A stretch of 64,000 nucleotides of DNA from Camelus ferus (taxonomy: Eukaryota), in the NCBI RefSeq assembly GCF_009834535.1, contig NC_045697.1, positions 99,264,001-99,328,000 of the forward strand. Direction: 5' to 3'. The notes under the pieces were generated by a model, which saw only the letters and a list, made by a program, of their open reading frames with translations, did not search any database and had not been told where the DNA came from. The stretch's first letter is position 1, and every line of letters begins with the position of its first letter. This document shows positions 26,301 to 39,880 of this stretch, one piece after another. The position numbers and the translations under genes were made by a program.

Positions 26301-29300
26301 GGCAAGCCTTCCATTGACTCCTGACACACTTTATTTTGATAGATTCTGTCCAACAGCCAAATTGTGAAGCTCTCTTTAAATCTCCATTCCTTCTTTTGAT
26401 GTACTGTATTCATTATTCTTCCCAGCCCCACACCGTATCCAACTACATAAACGTGCCCTTTATAACTTTATCCAAGTCATTCATGAAATTGTGACCAGGA
26501 CAGAACTATGGCTGGGTTGCCTAATGATTCTTGGCTCCTTATTTTTTTTTTTCCATGCCAGTGGAAATTATTCCATTTGGTCAAATTATGAGACTTTATT
26601 TTAAAAAATGAATTCATTGTAAGTTCCTTGAATGCTTGTCACATATTTCTTTGCATCCCACACAGCAAGTTAATACTCAGTAAAAATTGTTGAAAGAAGT
26701 ACTGTGTTCTGAAATATGAAGCCATAGGGAAGGTGCATGGGGGCAGCTCCTGCACTGCCCGCAGTTTTAGGGTAATATGCAAACAGTTTTTCCACTGCTG
26801 ACTGTTCTGTCATCAGCCCAGCTTTGCTCGGTTGGCTCTTCCATGCTTCCCACAAATCAGTTACACTGGTGAACAAATTCAGGATATAATGCTTTCGAGA
26901 TCGAGGATATAACGGGACACAGAGAATTTTAGAAAATGAACCACCTTTATGACTGAATTTATCATTACTGGATCAGAAGTCAGGTGTTCTGTAATAAAGT
27001 CATGATGAGAAGTTATCCGTCTACCATGACAAGCCTGGAATCCAGAAGCTAGAGTGAAAATAAACAGAAGACAGAGGTATATCCCTCACCTCTGAGGACG
27101 CCACCATGCATTATTCCTCCACCAACTCGCAAAACATAATAGCACCACAACATCCAAGGGCAGCTGGAGACCTTAGAATCACCATCCATCTCAGTGTGCC
27201 ATGGATCTGCCATTATGGTAGGTCAGTTCAGGTCCCCAGATATGCACTCACAGGAAGAACATCTCTGACTTTACCTTGAAAAGTCTTGTCTTCTGACACC
27301 AGCGTGAGCAGAGGTTCTACTATATTTTATATAAAATACCTTGAAGTACATTGGAGTAAAGACCCCTGAAAATAGCATTAAGTTCAAAAGTAGTAACAAG
27401 CAATGAGTACTTAATACGTGTCAGGAACAGTGATTGACATGCATTGTCTCATTTAATAGTCACCACAACTTTACAAAAAAGTACAATAACACTATTCCCG
27501 ATTTACCAATAAATAAACTGAGACAGAGAGGTTAATTAGCAGAGTGTGAAAGCTTGACTTGACTTGAAAGCTTGAATGTTTATCCTCTTAAATACAGTGC
27601 TTGTTTGTCCAGGTCTTCCAAGATGTAGACACAAAGATGATATCAAATGTGCCAAGATTTTTGTTTTAAGGGAAAACACTTGTGTGAGAGAAAATGAAGA
27701 GAGAGGCGTCAGGTCACAATGCAAGTTGCCCTCGAGTGAAGGGGCAAGGTCGGTGGGAAGGTCTTAGCCTCACAGCCTGGGGAGCCCCCGAGTCAGTCTG
27801 CCCTCAGAGGAGCCTGGGTTATCCAGGGCGGGTCGGCTTTGGTCAGTGGTTGGTTGGGAACCACTGTAGCAGTGCCTGGAGTTCAAGGTCAGCCAGGCAT
27901 AAGCTCATGCTGCCTCCACGAGGCCTTGGGAGAGAGGCCCTCAGTCTTTTAAGGTGTAAAATGTAAGCATCATCAGAAAGGATTTCCTTTCGTCAGCGAG
28001 GACATCTCACCTCTACACCTGAGTTGCTGGAATCACTGACTCTCAGGCCACAGAGGTGGAGGGACGTGGCCCGTGGGAGTCTGAGCGGGACCCCAGAGCC
28101 TGGGAAGGGAGGATGGAATCTTTCCTAGCAGCATCCGGAGCAGACTCACTTCAGGTTAATCATTCTGCTCCTAAAGAATGTCCCTCTGCAGACGGTTTCA
28201 TGGACACTCTGAAAAGCATCTGGAAAGAGTTTTCTCATGGCCGTATTCCAGAAGGTTCCCAAAGAGGACTTGCTATGAATGGATCTCACGGAAACAGGTA
28301 GGGACGTTCCAGGAATGGTTCCTGGCTGAGCAGATGCTGTCAACACTCTGTCCATTAATCTTCTCTTTCTCGTATTTTCCCCTTGTTCCATCACGCCAGC
28401 CATTGCTCTCCCACAAAATAAAGAGAAATGTGGCATATCCACTGCCTTTATGTTGTTGAAGCCCCAGGACCCGGTCACGTACAACTTCACCCATCCTCTC
28501 AGCTCCGGCTCCAGCTCAGGCCGGGCGCACATATCACACACAGGGCACCCAATAAGTCTTGAGAGCGCGCCTACACGTACATACCTACCTATGCGTACGT
28601 AAACACACATAGTATACACGTGTGTGTAAAACTGCTGGGACTGAAGAGGAAACTCCCCTTTTCCCTGGCAGACATGGGACCACCATGCAATTCACCTGTC
28701 ATTTTCCAGCCCTTGACCTCTTGACATCTCTGTGGGGTTGCCGGGTGGCCACCCTCAGGCCTCCGGGACTCCCAGCTGCTTCTTTCTCTTTTCCTCCTTT
28801 TGTTTCCTCCGCACTTGCCTAATCCTTAAATATTGGTGTTCCCAAAGGCTTATCCTTGACGGCTTCTCCTCTCCCTGTGAACATTCTCCCTGTAGGATTT
28901 CATCCACTCCCTCACGCTAGAACCTTAGCAGCCTTGGCTCCTCCTTCTTATTTTTCTCCCTGCACCTCCAACTTTATCCTACCATCGAAATTCCGACCAA
29001 CCTGCCGCAATACAGCCTCCCCATCACTGTTCCACTGGGATAAGGGTACTAATATGTATGAGTGTCTTGCCAAAGCCACACAATCTGTCAGATATGTGAT
29101 ATATATTATCTCACCAGCCTTATAACAATTCAGCAAAACAGATCCTACAAATTCCTACTACAGATAGGGGAACTGAACTCACAGAAGTTTAGTTAATAGC
29201 CTGAAATTTAAATTTGGTCAAGAAGGGTCTTTATTTTGAATCGAGGTCTTGAACACCAAAGGGCAGGCCCCTCTGCAGCCCACCGTCAGGCCCGGCACAC

Positions 29301-29439
29301 TTGCATATCCTGCCCTCCAGACACTCCCTGGGTGTGGACAGAATTACTTTTTCCAGAAATGAGAATGATCATGTCTCTTATTTTCTAGAAGCCCCTGTTA
29401 ATTATACTCCAGGACTAAGTCCTTCCTTGCTTGTTTGGC

Positions 29440-29613
29440 CAGTGGTTATCAAACTTGTCTGAACAGTGGAATCACCTGGGGACCTGTGGAAAATACTGAC
29501 GCTGGGTACCACTCCCAGAGACTGTGAGTTCACTGGTCTGGGAGGTGGCCTGGTTTTGACATTTTAAAAAATTCCAGGTCATTCTAATGGACAAGCAAGT
29601 TTGGAAAGCACTG
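29440..29613. mobile_element. MER5B-like hAT-Charlie MITE
   Basis: cagtggttatcaaactt...aatcacctgggga...attctaatggacaagcaagtttggaaagcactg, with terminal inverted repeats. Confidence 0.75.
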
Positions 29614-29739
29614 AGTTAGGCACCAATGCCCCTCACATTTTGACTCTTTCCTCCCTCTCCAGCACCAAAGTATATCCCCAGCAACAAACCCTGCTGTGGA
29701 TTTGACCATCCAGTTCCCTGTCCTGGAGTCCTTTTTCTC

Positions 29740-30010
29740 TTTGACCAACTTCTACCTCCTTTGCTATTCAGCTCAAATGTGCCTTTGAGTTTCTCTGCCC
29801 CAACCACCCATGCCGCCCTTTGCTCTCATCCTTGGCCACACATGTGACCCTGTAATCTAGCTGTCTACACAGTGGCTTCCCCAGACACGTGCTGGGTAAG
29901 AGTGGATACTCCTCCTCACCATCTCTGTGTCTACTCCCAGAACACGGTGCCTGGCAAAGAGGACCTGCTCTGTGCATGAACGAATGAATGAACAGATGAC
30001 TGAATGAGTC
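29740..30010 (+). mobile_element. L2 3' end
   Basis: cccagaacacggtgcctggca followed by a (gaat)n-like tail. Confidence 0.65.
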
Positions 30011-30084
30011 AGTAAATACCTATATAAGAAGCAGAAGGGACACTGGACTAGGACTCTCTGGAGACCCAATCTAATTTGCACATG

Positions 30085-30330
30085 GAGTGGAAAAGCTTCG
30101 GATTTGGAGCCGTACAGACCTGAATTTGAACACTGGCTCCAGTTACGAGGTATGTGATCCTTCTTAGGCTGGTGATTAAATACTCTGAGTTTCAGCTTCC
30201 TCTTCTGCAAAATAGAATATATAGTAATACCTTTCATTATAGGGTGGCTGTAAAGGTAGGAATTAATATTTGTGAAATGCTTAGCATAACATCTCACACT
30301 CAAGTATTAAAAATATGTTAACTTTATTAT
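30085..30330 (+). mobile_element. MIR SINE
   Basis: cagacctgaatttgaacactggctcc...ctctgagtttcagcttcctcttctgcaaaat...gtgaaatgcttagca. Confidence 0.75.
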
Positions 30331-31364
30331 GACATCACTAGCCTTGGTTTGTTCATTTGTGTGCTGTGAGATTTTTTTGAATGTTACATAATGTTTCTGT
30401 ATCTTTTTCTCATCTATGAAATATTCACAGTAATATCGTTTCTTCCTCTCTCAAAAGGAAGACGAAATCTTCATTTTGAAAGAACATAACATGTTCTACA
30501 AGTGCAATACATTACAATTGTGTACGTTTGTGTTTACTTCCTAATCTCTGTCCTTTCATCTGTCTTCTATGATAATATCAGAGCAAGCATTTTTCTTGTA
30601 CCACAAGCTCTCGAAAGCTCGTTTGGAGGTTCTAGCAGGGGAGCGCAGTTCCTCATGTACCCTTGATGGAGAAGAACGATCCTCCTCTACTGAGGAAGAT
30701 CGTCTTCTTCGACAGAGTGTGCAGCTTCGGGAGGGACGCACAGGAGGAAGGCGGCACCCACCTAGCCACCCACATCAGCTGAATCAGGGGTATTTGTTGC
30801 AGCCAGATCGCCCTCACATCCACCACAAACTGTTGACACGTGAGGGGAATACATTCAGAAACATTCTCACATCCAAATTTGCAAATACTGCCAGACAGAC
30901 ACATTTCCCCAGAAAATACAACCAATTATAAGTGAATATTTCATTGGGGTCACACCTTCAGATCAATGATGATTTGACAAATACAAGACTGAAAGAACTT
31001 TTTAAGTTTTAAAAATAATATGTATGCCACAAAAATCATTTCCTACCATAGGTGTCAGTGACATCACTCTCAAAGTAAGGACAGACATGAACTTAATCAC
31101 ATTTGGAAAATCTAAACAGTAGGATAAATAACAACAAATTCTCATTTCTTGAGCACTACTCTGAGGTAGATGACAAGCAGGAACACAGAAGTGGAAAGAA
31201 GGTTCAGACCCTGGGCCTTTCTGGGCCACTGTGGGCTCAGTCACAAACTCTCTGATTTGCTTGCGCCTCAGACTGGCTTCAAATTCATACTCCAGTATAA
31301 TTACTTATACTCTCTTTCTTTGGCTTTATTTGTGATGAAAAAAAATCTGGAATGACAAATTTTT

Positions 31365-31501
31365 TTCTTTCTGGGGGGGGGCGGTAATTAGGTTTGTTTA
31401 TTTAGTTATTTATTTATTTAACGGAGGTACCAGGGATTGAACCCAGGACCCCGTGTATGCTAAGCATGTGCTCTACCACTGAGCTATACCCTCGCCCTCT
31501 T
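31365..31501 (-). mobile_element. Camelid SINE (Vic-1-like)
   Basis: ggaggtaccagggattgaacccaggacc...ctctaccactgagctataccctc; TSD gaatga(c/t)aaattttt at 31350-31364 and 31502-31516. Confidence 0.93.
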
Positions 31502-32477
31502 GAATGATAAATTTTTGAAAACCAGAAGTCAACTGTATTCACTTACTTCCCCCTTACAACTGCCATCAACATGTTTAGGCGCGAAGGGACAATGCAGAGG
31601 GGTTTAAAGGACTCAAGGACTCTCAAATTCCCTGCCTACTAACCTGACTGGGAATAAAGCTAAGTATGGATAAAAATACTTTTAGGACAATAGTAACACA
31701 AAGTTGCATCTTGATTTTTTTTCTTTTTTGCTATAAAGTTGAAATTGTTACTCATTTTCTTCCCTCCTAAATCTCTCAATTATTTTATTCATAAAGCAAA
31801 AAAAGAATTCATGAAATGGAGATAAATTATAAATATCATTAAAATTTTCTTAATTTCTACAAAGCATATTCCTGCAGAATTTAAAGTACCTTTTTCTCTT
31901 TAATTCTTCAAAGAGTGTAATTTCAAACAGAGCAACTATACTCTGTGTAGTTTAATCTTCAATATTTATATTCAATTTTCTACATATTTAATACTCCAAA
32001 AAGTAATTTTTTTCTCCTTGGGGAATCAAAATTAACCTTCAATTTTTCTCTCTTTCAGTGAGTAAAATAATGGTGGAATGCTTCACTGTGGATGGGTTCA
32101 GGGGCTAGTATACAGGAGGCAGATGTCACAAGGTACAGAAGCAAGATGGGGCCAGGTGACCTTGCAGGAAAATTATTCTCAGCCCCTGCTTTTAGCTCCC
32201 AAACCATCATTCTTTCGCCTTTCATATCTCATCATTGAATTATAGAGCCCTTTGGCTTCTGTAAAAGCAGTTTTTTTTTTCATTCTCTAAATAACACAAT
32301 AATAAATTGAGTCCCTATCTTCATTAGAAGTGGTCCAGGTCTGGGCTCCTCCTTTCTTTTCACCAACCTCTCTTCCCTCTGCTTGGCTGCTCCCGACTTA
32401 CCCCTGTTTCCCCCAAGTGAACTGAGCAGTCTTAATGACTGTGACAAACTCGTTCCTCCTTAAGTCTTCCCCACCTT

Positions 32478-33033
32478 TGGTTATGGCCTTAGACACAGGC
32501 ATTGAGGGGCCCCTGCCCTGACCACCAGTTCTAGAGGGCCCAGCTGGGTCTTCCTCTGGCCACCCTTCCCTACCGGGCAAGTCATCTACACAAGAGCCCA
32601 TGTCTTCCTTTCTAGACTGTGTTCTGCACACCTGGAACCCCCATGTTCCCTGCCCAGGGAGCCTCAAGTCTGTTTCCCCAGGTCTTTCCTCTGGAAGGTA
32701 GACACACAGCTGTGGGCACCTCCTGGCCCAAAGAGTGGACAAGGAGGGTGTGTATGGACCTTGGAGGTATGGACTGGAGGGTCCCACAAGTGTTGGAGGC
32801 CCCTGTGGTCTACAGTACAGAGCCAGGGATGGGAAGGGAACTGCGTGGTCCAGGGAACCCACACTGCATTTAAACCTGGCCTTCCCGGTTGCTGCAAAGT
32901 TACAATTGTCAAGGTCAGATGATGGAATATATTTTACTTAATAGCTTGATGTAGAACAAATAAATATGAAGCAGACAGTATGTAGTCCACCTCTGTACTT
33001 TTGCCCTGGGCCCATAAATGTTAGGGGGAAGTG
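32478..33033 (-). mobile_element. MER115/Zaphod-like hAT-Tip100 DNA transposon
   Basis: Both ends recognisable: ccttagacacaggcattgaggggcccctgccctg... and ...tacttttgccctgggcccataaatgttagggg. Confidence 0.65.
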
Positions 33034-35119
33034 CCCTTTATCCTCACCCAGTGAGGCTCTTCTCCTGTGTTAAATGCCCGTGCCATCTCAGCAGTGAATA
33101 CTGAACAAAGTCTGGAACTTCAGCATGTTTGAATTCCCCTTCTTGCTGGCCAGGCCTTTCTCTTTGCACCATTCCTCTCCCTCTTCAGATTCAGTCACTG
33201 ACAGAAGGCCCCACAGTAAACCTGTAAACAGGGAAGAGAAGCTGTCGTGTGAGCCACCGAGAGGGTTTCACGAAGCCTGGGTACTCCCGGGTCAGATCCT
33301 TTCCAACATGGAACCCGCCGGCCAGGAGAACCAGAGACAGACAGGTGACCTCTTTTTTCTTTACAGATTTCTGCCCTTTCCTAGCTGTATGATTTCACCC
33401 TCTCTTTTCTAAAACGTGTTTCAGACACAGAGGGAGCAGCTCTGATGGAAGTCGGCCAGGCAAAGATGCGAGGTGGGGAGCAGTCGGCGACTCCAGTTTG
33501 ACGCTAATGATTTGTGTACAATTCAAGGTCAGAGAATGATATGTGAGGCCCGTGCGCCCACCCACACAAGCACACGCAATTTAGTGCTTGATTATATCAG
33601 CATAGAGCACTAATACATCTAACGCTGCCTTGTTCACTTGCCTCTCCAATTAGGAGGAAACACAGAGGGCAGGGACCACATGTTAAGCTTCTTTTGTTCC
33701 CCATAACACCCACCACCTTATTAGGCACATAATAGGCATTTGATAAATATGTTTTGTTAAAAAGAGGCTTGTCCCCATTAATGAAATAAATGTGTTCTTG
33801 AAATGTTCTGAATCAAGGGAGTTTTTTTTTTTTTTTTTTTTTTTGTAAATGGAATTTTATTTTAATGATACTGGGAAAGCTGCAATGGGAATACTATGAT
33901 AAGTCTTATTACAAAGCAGAAAATAATTCTATTTGGATTGTCATACATTTTTAAACTCTTAGGTCTAAACCTGGGAATCTCATTCCACAGGGGAGGTGAG
34001 GGTCTATGCATCCCCTGTCATGGTATCCACATTTGTTTGGGGAATGTGTCTTTTTTTTTTTTTCTAGTGATATTGCTGTAGCTTTCATTGTATTTTCAAA
34101 GGGATGTGCTTTTTTTTCTTTCGAAAAAGAAAAAAAAAGTTAGAACCCATGAGCCTGGAAGGTGCTAGGGAAGTTGGTCTAAGCTTCTAGGAAAATACTT
34201 CAGCAGCTTTGGTTAAGTAGAAAATGCTAATTAAAGCTCACATCTGCTGAGCCTCTGCTCCACACCAAATATTTGACATTCACCATATTTAATCTTTCCT
34301 GCAAGTCAGGCATTATCGTCTCATTTTGCAGGTGAAGAAACTGAAGAGACCCACCCCAGGCACAAAGTTAGTAAACACCCAATGTGAGATTTGAACCAGG
34401 ATTCCATTTAGGATTCCAAATTAGGAAGTTTTTCATGAAAACTGTTTCTGTTTCTCTCTGATGCCGTATCTCAAATAGTAATACTGCTAATTGATAATAA
34501 TACATAAATTAGCTTTGAGTAGATCATTATCCCTACTTCACAGATGGGAAAACTTAAGTTAAGAAAAATATTTAAAATTTAAGTACAGATGAAAACTTGT
34601 GGAAGACCCCATAGCTGGTAAGCCAAGGGGCCAGTGTTCAAACTAAGGTCCATCCATCTCCTGGGCCCACTGCTCCTCCCTGCTTCACAGCCTCGCTGTG
34701 GGGACAGCCTGGCTTCCCCATGACTCTTATACAAAAACCAGTGGACTGGTTCCTGGTTTCTATATGCCATAATACTTTTAAACCAAAATTCTGGATACTG
34801 TTTCTGATACATGGTTGTACTTACAGCTGTAAAGGAAAATGATGACTGTGCATTCAACAGAGCAGCTATAACAGACCCTCTTCAAACCTCAGGGGATACT
34901 ACCTCCCCATGGAGCAGGAACTCAGAGGCAGTACTGTGGATACTGGATATATATGGAAGGTTGGCCACAGGATCACTGAAGATTTATTTGATATTATGAA
35001 TTCATTCCACTTAGCTACTCAGCTTGATACGATGAGAGTAGATTAACATGTGAAAGTGCTATTAGCTCTCTGAAAGAAAACCATATTGAAATTCAGGTTT
35101 AACACATAATCTGGAAGGC

Positions 35120-35350
35120 AGTTTGCCCGGTATTTAAGCAAAGCCTGGGCCCTGAATTCAAAGAGATCTGAGTTCAATTCTCCACTCTCTCATTTACTAG
35201 CTAAGTGCTCTTAGGAAAAAAATCACTTGCTATTTCTACGCCTCAGTCTTCTCACATATAAATGCAGATAACAGTTATGACAAGCTTGGTGAACATAAAT
35301 GAAGACCTGAAGGGAGACCGTGTAGAACAATGTCCAGAAACATTGTATTC
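35120..35350 (+). mobile_element. MIR SINE
   Basis: gagatctgagttcaattctccactct...cctcagtcttctcacatataaatg. Confidence 0.65.
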
Positions 35351-35739
35351 ACTTAAAAAAAAAAAGGTACTGTTTTGTTTTTATGACTTCAAGTCTAAAG
35401 AAATAGGAAAGGAATGCATAAAATTTCTCCCTCAAAATCAAAACAGGATAAAGGATACAAATAAATTCTCTTTCCCCTTGAGTGATAGCACTGGTATTAA
35501 AAAGAAATTTAATCCTGACCAAAAAGAGAAAAAAAAAAAAAGCTCACAGGAAAAGAGTCTAAAATAAGTCTTTTCCTGTGCACAGGTTTATCCAAATTTC
35601 CTTCCTAATTATATTTATTACTGTTGACATTTTACTACTTAAAATAATCTTGTGTGATCCAGAGGGAGCCACAGACATGGGTGGGACACTCTGAAATGCA
35701 CTATGGTCTTTCCATACATGTCAATGTTGGGACTCATTA

Positions 35740-36052
35740 CAGTGGGCCCTGTGTATCTGTGGGTTGGTTCCACATCTGCGGATTCAACCAACTGTGGATG
35801 AAAAATATGTGGGGAAAAGATTCCAGAAAGTTCCCCAGAGCAAAAGAACTTGCCACATGGCAGCTATTTATATAGTATTTACTTTGTAGTAGGTATTATA
35901 TGTAACCTAGAGATGATTCAAAGTGTACAGAGGATGTGTGTAGTTTATATACAAATACTATGCCATTTTATCTAAAGGGCCTGAGCATCCATGGATTTTG
36001 GTATCCATGGGGGATCCTGGGAACATCCCCCTTGGATACTGAGGGATGATTG
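35740..36052 (-). mobile_element. MER2/MER2B-like TcMar-Tigger MITE
   Basis: TA|cagtgggccctgtgtatc...ggatactgagggatgattg|TA: terminal inverted repeats and TA TSD. Confidence 0.85.
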
Positions 36053-36879
36053 TATTTCAATTCCATGTTGGTGTGGGAAACATGGCAAAGGGAAGACAGA
36101 TTCAAGAGCCTCATTGGTACTTCCCAATTCTTGTGTCTATAGTAATTCAGTATGCGTAAGACAAAAGTCTAAAAATCCTAATTTTCAATCAGAAAAGAAG
36201 TGGTGAGTACAGGCAACAGAGTGGAGACATATGAATGTACATAATAGTGGGAACGCCACTCTTCCCTCCCAGCTGACAAGCAAGCCAATTAGATCCGCTG
36301 AGTTGTTGATCTATGTTTTCAAGGACCCACAGAAGACAGTTTTTAAAAGCAATGCAATTTTTGTTCTTAATATGCAGTGTCCTTCAGTGAAAGTGGCAAG
36401 GAGGTTGAGGTAACTCTAGAATGCTGGAGACAAGAATTCATCATCCGGAGATAAAGATGAAGAGATCCAGGAAGCTGGGTGAGAATAACATAAAAAGTCT
36501 GCCTGTGTTGTTGCCAGTGTGCTTAAATGATGCTATAAAGTGGGAATTTTTGGACACTTTCAGATGGCTGCTCCATGACCAAAAATCCTGCAGACCAGAC
36601 ACATATCAGTCCCCATTTGCACGACCAACCAAAATTACCTCCCACCCCCACCTCTAAAAAAAGCAAACAATACTCTCACAAAAGAAACATCAGGAAGATG
36701 GGTACGGAGGGAGGGGGGAAGGGGAACGGACACAGAAAAGTGTTTAAATAAAAGTGGTTCTGAAGCCACTGTCTTGACAAGGGTAGAAAAAAATGAAACC
36801 AGAATGTCAGATGTGACCTTCAGCTGGTTGTCTTGTTCCCATTTCACTCTGTGAGTGTCGACTTGGAGGCAAAATTGCA

Positions 36880-37085
36880 TAATGTTTATGAGCTCAGGTT
36901 TGAATTTGAACAGACTTTGCTTTAGTTCCCAGTTCCAATGCCATCTATGTGAACTTGAACAGGCTACTTAACCTTATATGCCTGAGTTTCCAGGTCATCT
37001 GAGGATGACATGAAACGATTCACGTGAAGTGCTTAGCGCAGCACAAATCTTGGCACAAAAAGCATTCTGTCTATGGTAGCTACTA
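36880..37085 (+). mobile_element. MIR SINE
   Basis: tgtgaacttgaacaggctacttaacc...cctgagtttcc...gtgaagtgcttagcgcag. Confidence 0.7.
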
Positions 37086-37105
37086 ATATGAACTACCCTT
37101 TAGAT

Positions 37106-37335
37106 CAGAGTTTCCCAACCACAGCACTGTTGACATTTGGAACTGAATAATTCTTTGTTGTGGGAGCCTGTCCTGTGCATTGCAGGATGTTCAGTAGTGC
37201 CCCTGGTCTCTGCCTACCAGATGCCAGCAGCAGCTCTCCCTTCCTCTAGTTTTGACAACCAAAAATATCTCCAGATGTTCCCAACTGTCCACTGGGGGAT
37301 GTGGAAATGAAATTATCCCTAGTTGAGAACTGCTG
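37106..37335. mobile_element. MER20 hAT-Charlie MITE
   Basis: gcactgttgacatttgg...tcctgtgcattgcaggatgttcag...gttgagaactgctg; 8-bp TSD cttt(a/g)gat at 37098-37105 and 37336-37343. Confidence 0.9.
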
Positions 37336-37647
37336 CTTTGGATCAGTCTAGGTTCTAAAAGATGAGGGTAACTCAATTCTTCTCCTTGACATGTATATAT
37401 TTTAAGCCCCAGCTTTAAAAAATTCATGCTCTTATTTTGAAAGCCTAATAATAAATCACTCAGCTACTGGGGTCTCTGTTTCCTCATCTTGAGACCATTA
37501 TTTCAGGATTCCCTTTTATTCTGATCTTGAAAATTCTGTTCCTATTTCTTTCATCCCTCCAAGGACTTAAAAAACGATTTTTCCCTATGAGGAAACTTAT
37601 ATAAGTGATATATATTCAACTGGAAAAATAAGGAAATACAGATGAGC

Positions 37648-37681
<34 letters not shown>

Positions 37682-39880
37682 TATCACTTATAATCCCAGT
37701 AGTTAGAAAAAACTAACTAGGGTTAACATTACAATGAATGTGTTTTCAGATATTGTATAAATACATATGTGTGGATATACACAAATACACATGTACATAT
37801 ACACTCATCCAATGCACATGCATACAAGTATTTCTTGTATGCTTGTCATTTTTCCTAATCATTAATTCTAGCTATCTCAGACCTAGTGCCAGACATTATA
37901 TTTTCTCACCACGTATGACTTCCCTCAAGAAGTGGTTCATCAACGCATACTTTCAACTACTGCTTGGGCATAAACGAACCTAAAGCCCACAGCTTTAGTC
38001 CTTAATTCCTCCACTGAAAGACATCTTGAATGTCCAACAGACAAGCTAAACAGTGTTCAAACCATCCCCTTTGGACAACTCTCCCTTCACCAGCAACTGA
38101 TGGCTCTCCTCAGTTTTTTTAAGTTAGAGGCTTGGAAGTCAAATTTGATGACTCTTTGCCTTACTTGTCCCAACTCATGCCCATGGTCACTTCCACTCAT
38201 CTTTCACTTTTTCTTTGGATCTATTTCCGGAGTCATATCAGTCAGGTCCTCCAAGTGTGCTGTTTCCTAGCATCTCCTCTGTCACAGTCATTTTGATCAA
38301 GATAGTACTCTCCTCTTCTCAGAAACCTACAACGACTAGCCACTGCTTCTTGTATCACAGGTTAGATCTTAATAACGAGCTCCAAGGGGCTTCCTCGCCG
38401 TCTTCAGTTCTCCTCCCATGGCGTCCTCTTTTACTACTCCTCAGCTTACACTTTTATTCCTTATCAACTCTTCACAACCCACAATCCCAACTCCTTTTTC
38501 TGAACAACAGTCCATTAAAAGTAAAGTAAATCAAAGCACAGGGCTGATCTTTTAAACAGGGCAGGTGTTTTAAAACAGAAGAAAAATCAGAACATTGATA
38601 AGTTATCCTTCAGCCACCAGTCATAGCTAATTATTTATTATATTAATAGGGTGTATCTTTGTTTATAATTATTAATAAATGCTTTCTTTCTTTATTTTGG
38701 TTGCAAAAATGCATTTTAACCAGATTGGATGGAATATATTTATAATACTAGGAAGTCAACCCCATTAAATGATTTCTTGTAGCAATATTTTTCATCAAGG
38801 CACATGCATTTACTTAATCTAAAAGACAGCTGGTTTTCTCTATTAAAAGGTATACAAAAGAATAACCTTTGAATTTGATCATTGTAACTTGGCCAACATG
38901 TCACTCTATTGAATATAAATAGGAATCTGTATGCTGTTATTACTTAATTTTTTTTTAACAATCCAGCTTTTATTAGAGGATAAACTTCTTAAGGGGAGGA
39001 ACCATTTCTTTTACATCCTTTGTGATGCTCACAGTAACTGGAATATAGCTTGGTTCTTATGCAACTGGTCCTCAAATGTTGCTAGGTGATTCATATTTGA
39101 AGGGGAAATGGAAAGAAAAGCCTGAAGGACTTAAAGGATTTGCGTGCATGCATCCTGCTGTGAATAATACAAATGTGGAGAGAGATGACTAAGTGGACAG
39201 CATGGGGCACCGAGGGCTTCGGCCCCTGAAATATTCAATAATAGGAAGTTACATGCGACTAACAGCAGCGCCCAGGTGGTGAGATGGAAAATGGAGGAAG
39301 CGGCGGACGCGCTGGAAGAACTCCGAGGTACCGCGAGGTGAACGGCAGCATCAGCGTGCCATGCCTTTCAGGGGGACACAGTTCAGCAGGAAAGACAGTA
39401 CGGAGGATGAGGGAAAGGACAGAAACCCTAGGGCAGAAACAATAAACGCCTTAAAGTGAGAAGGTGAGGGAAGGCATTCTGCAAGCCAAGTGAAAAACCG
39501 CGTAACTATAACAAGGTTGGATTTAGTGCCGAGGAGGTAACAGCTCAGCTGCTAGGCCCTCTAACATTTTATTTCCCACTTTAAATAAAAGCAAAGCCTT
39601 CTTCACATTGGACCACAGAATTCTACATGAATTCCCTGCCACGAGGCATATTTGATATTAGGTCCAGGGCTGCAAAGTGAAAAGAGACAAATTTCTGGTA
39701 TGCTTGGTGTCTATGATTGCCTGCCTCCTCCCTCCCCTCCTCTCCACCACGCTGGCAACCGCGCCGAAGCGCACATCCCCCAGATGAGTCTGCTCATCTT
39801 TGCCAGCTCAGTTCTTCCCATCCTAAGCGTCTCTGTGCCCATACCACTTAAGCACTTTATGAAATGTCAAAAGCCTTTCC

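Noticed and set aside
8515..36546. RBPJ-like GTGGGAA sites (CGTGGGAA at 8515; three near 36073-36546) suggesting Notch autoregulation
   Set aside because: The number seen is near the roughly 8 expected by chance, and no paired-site geometry was seen.
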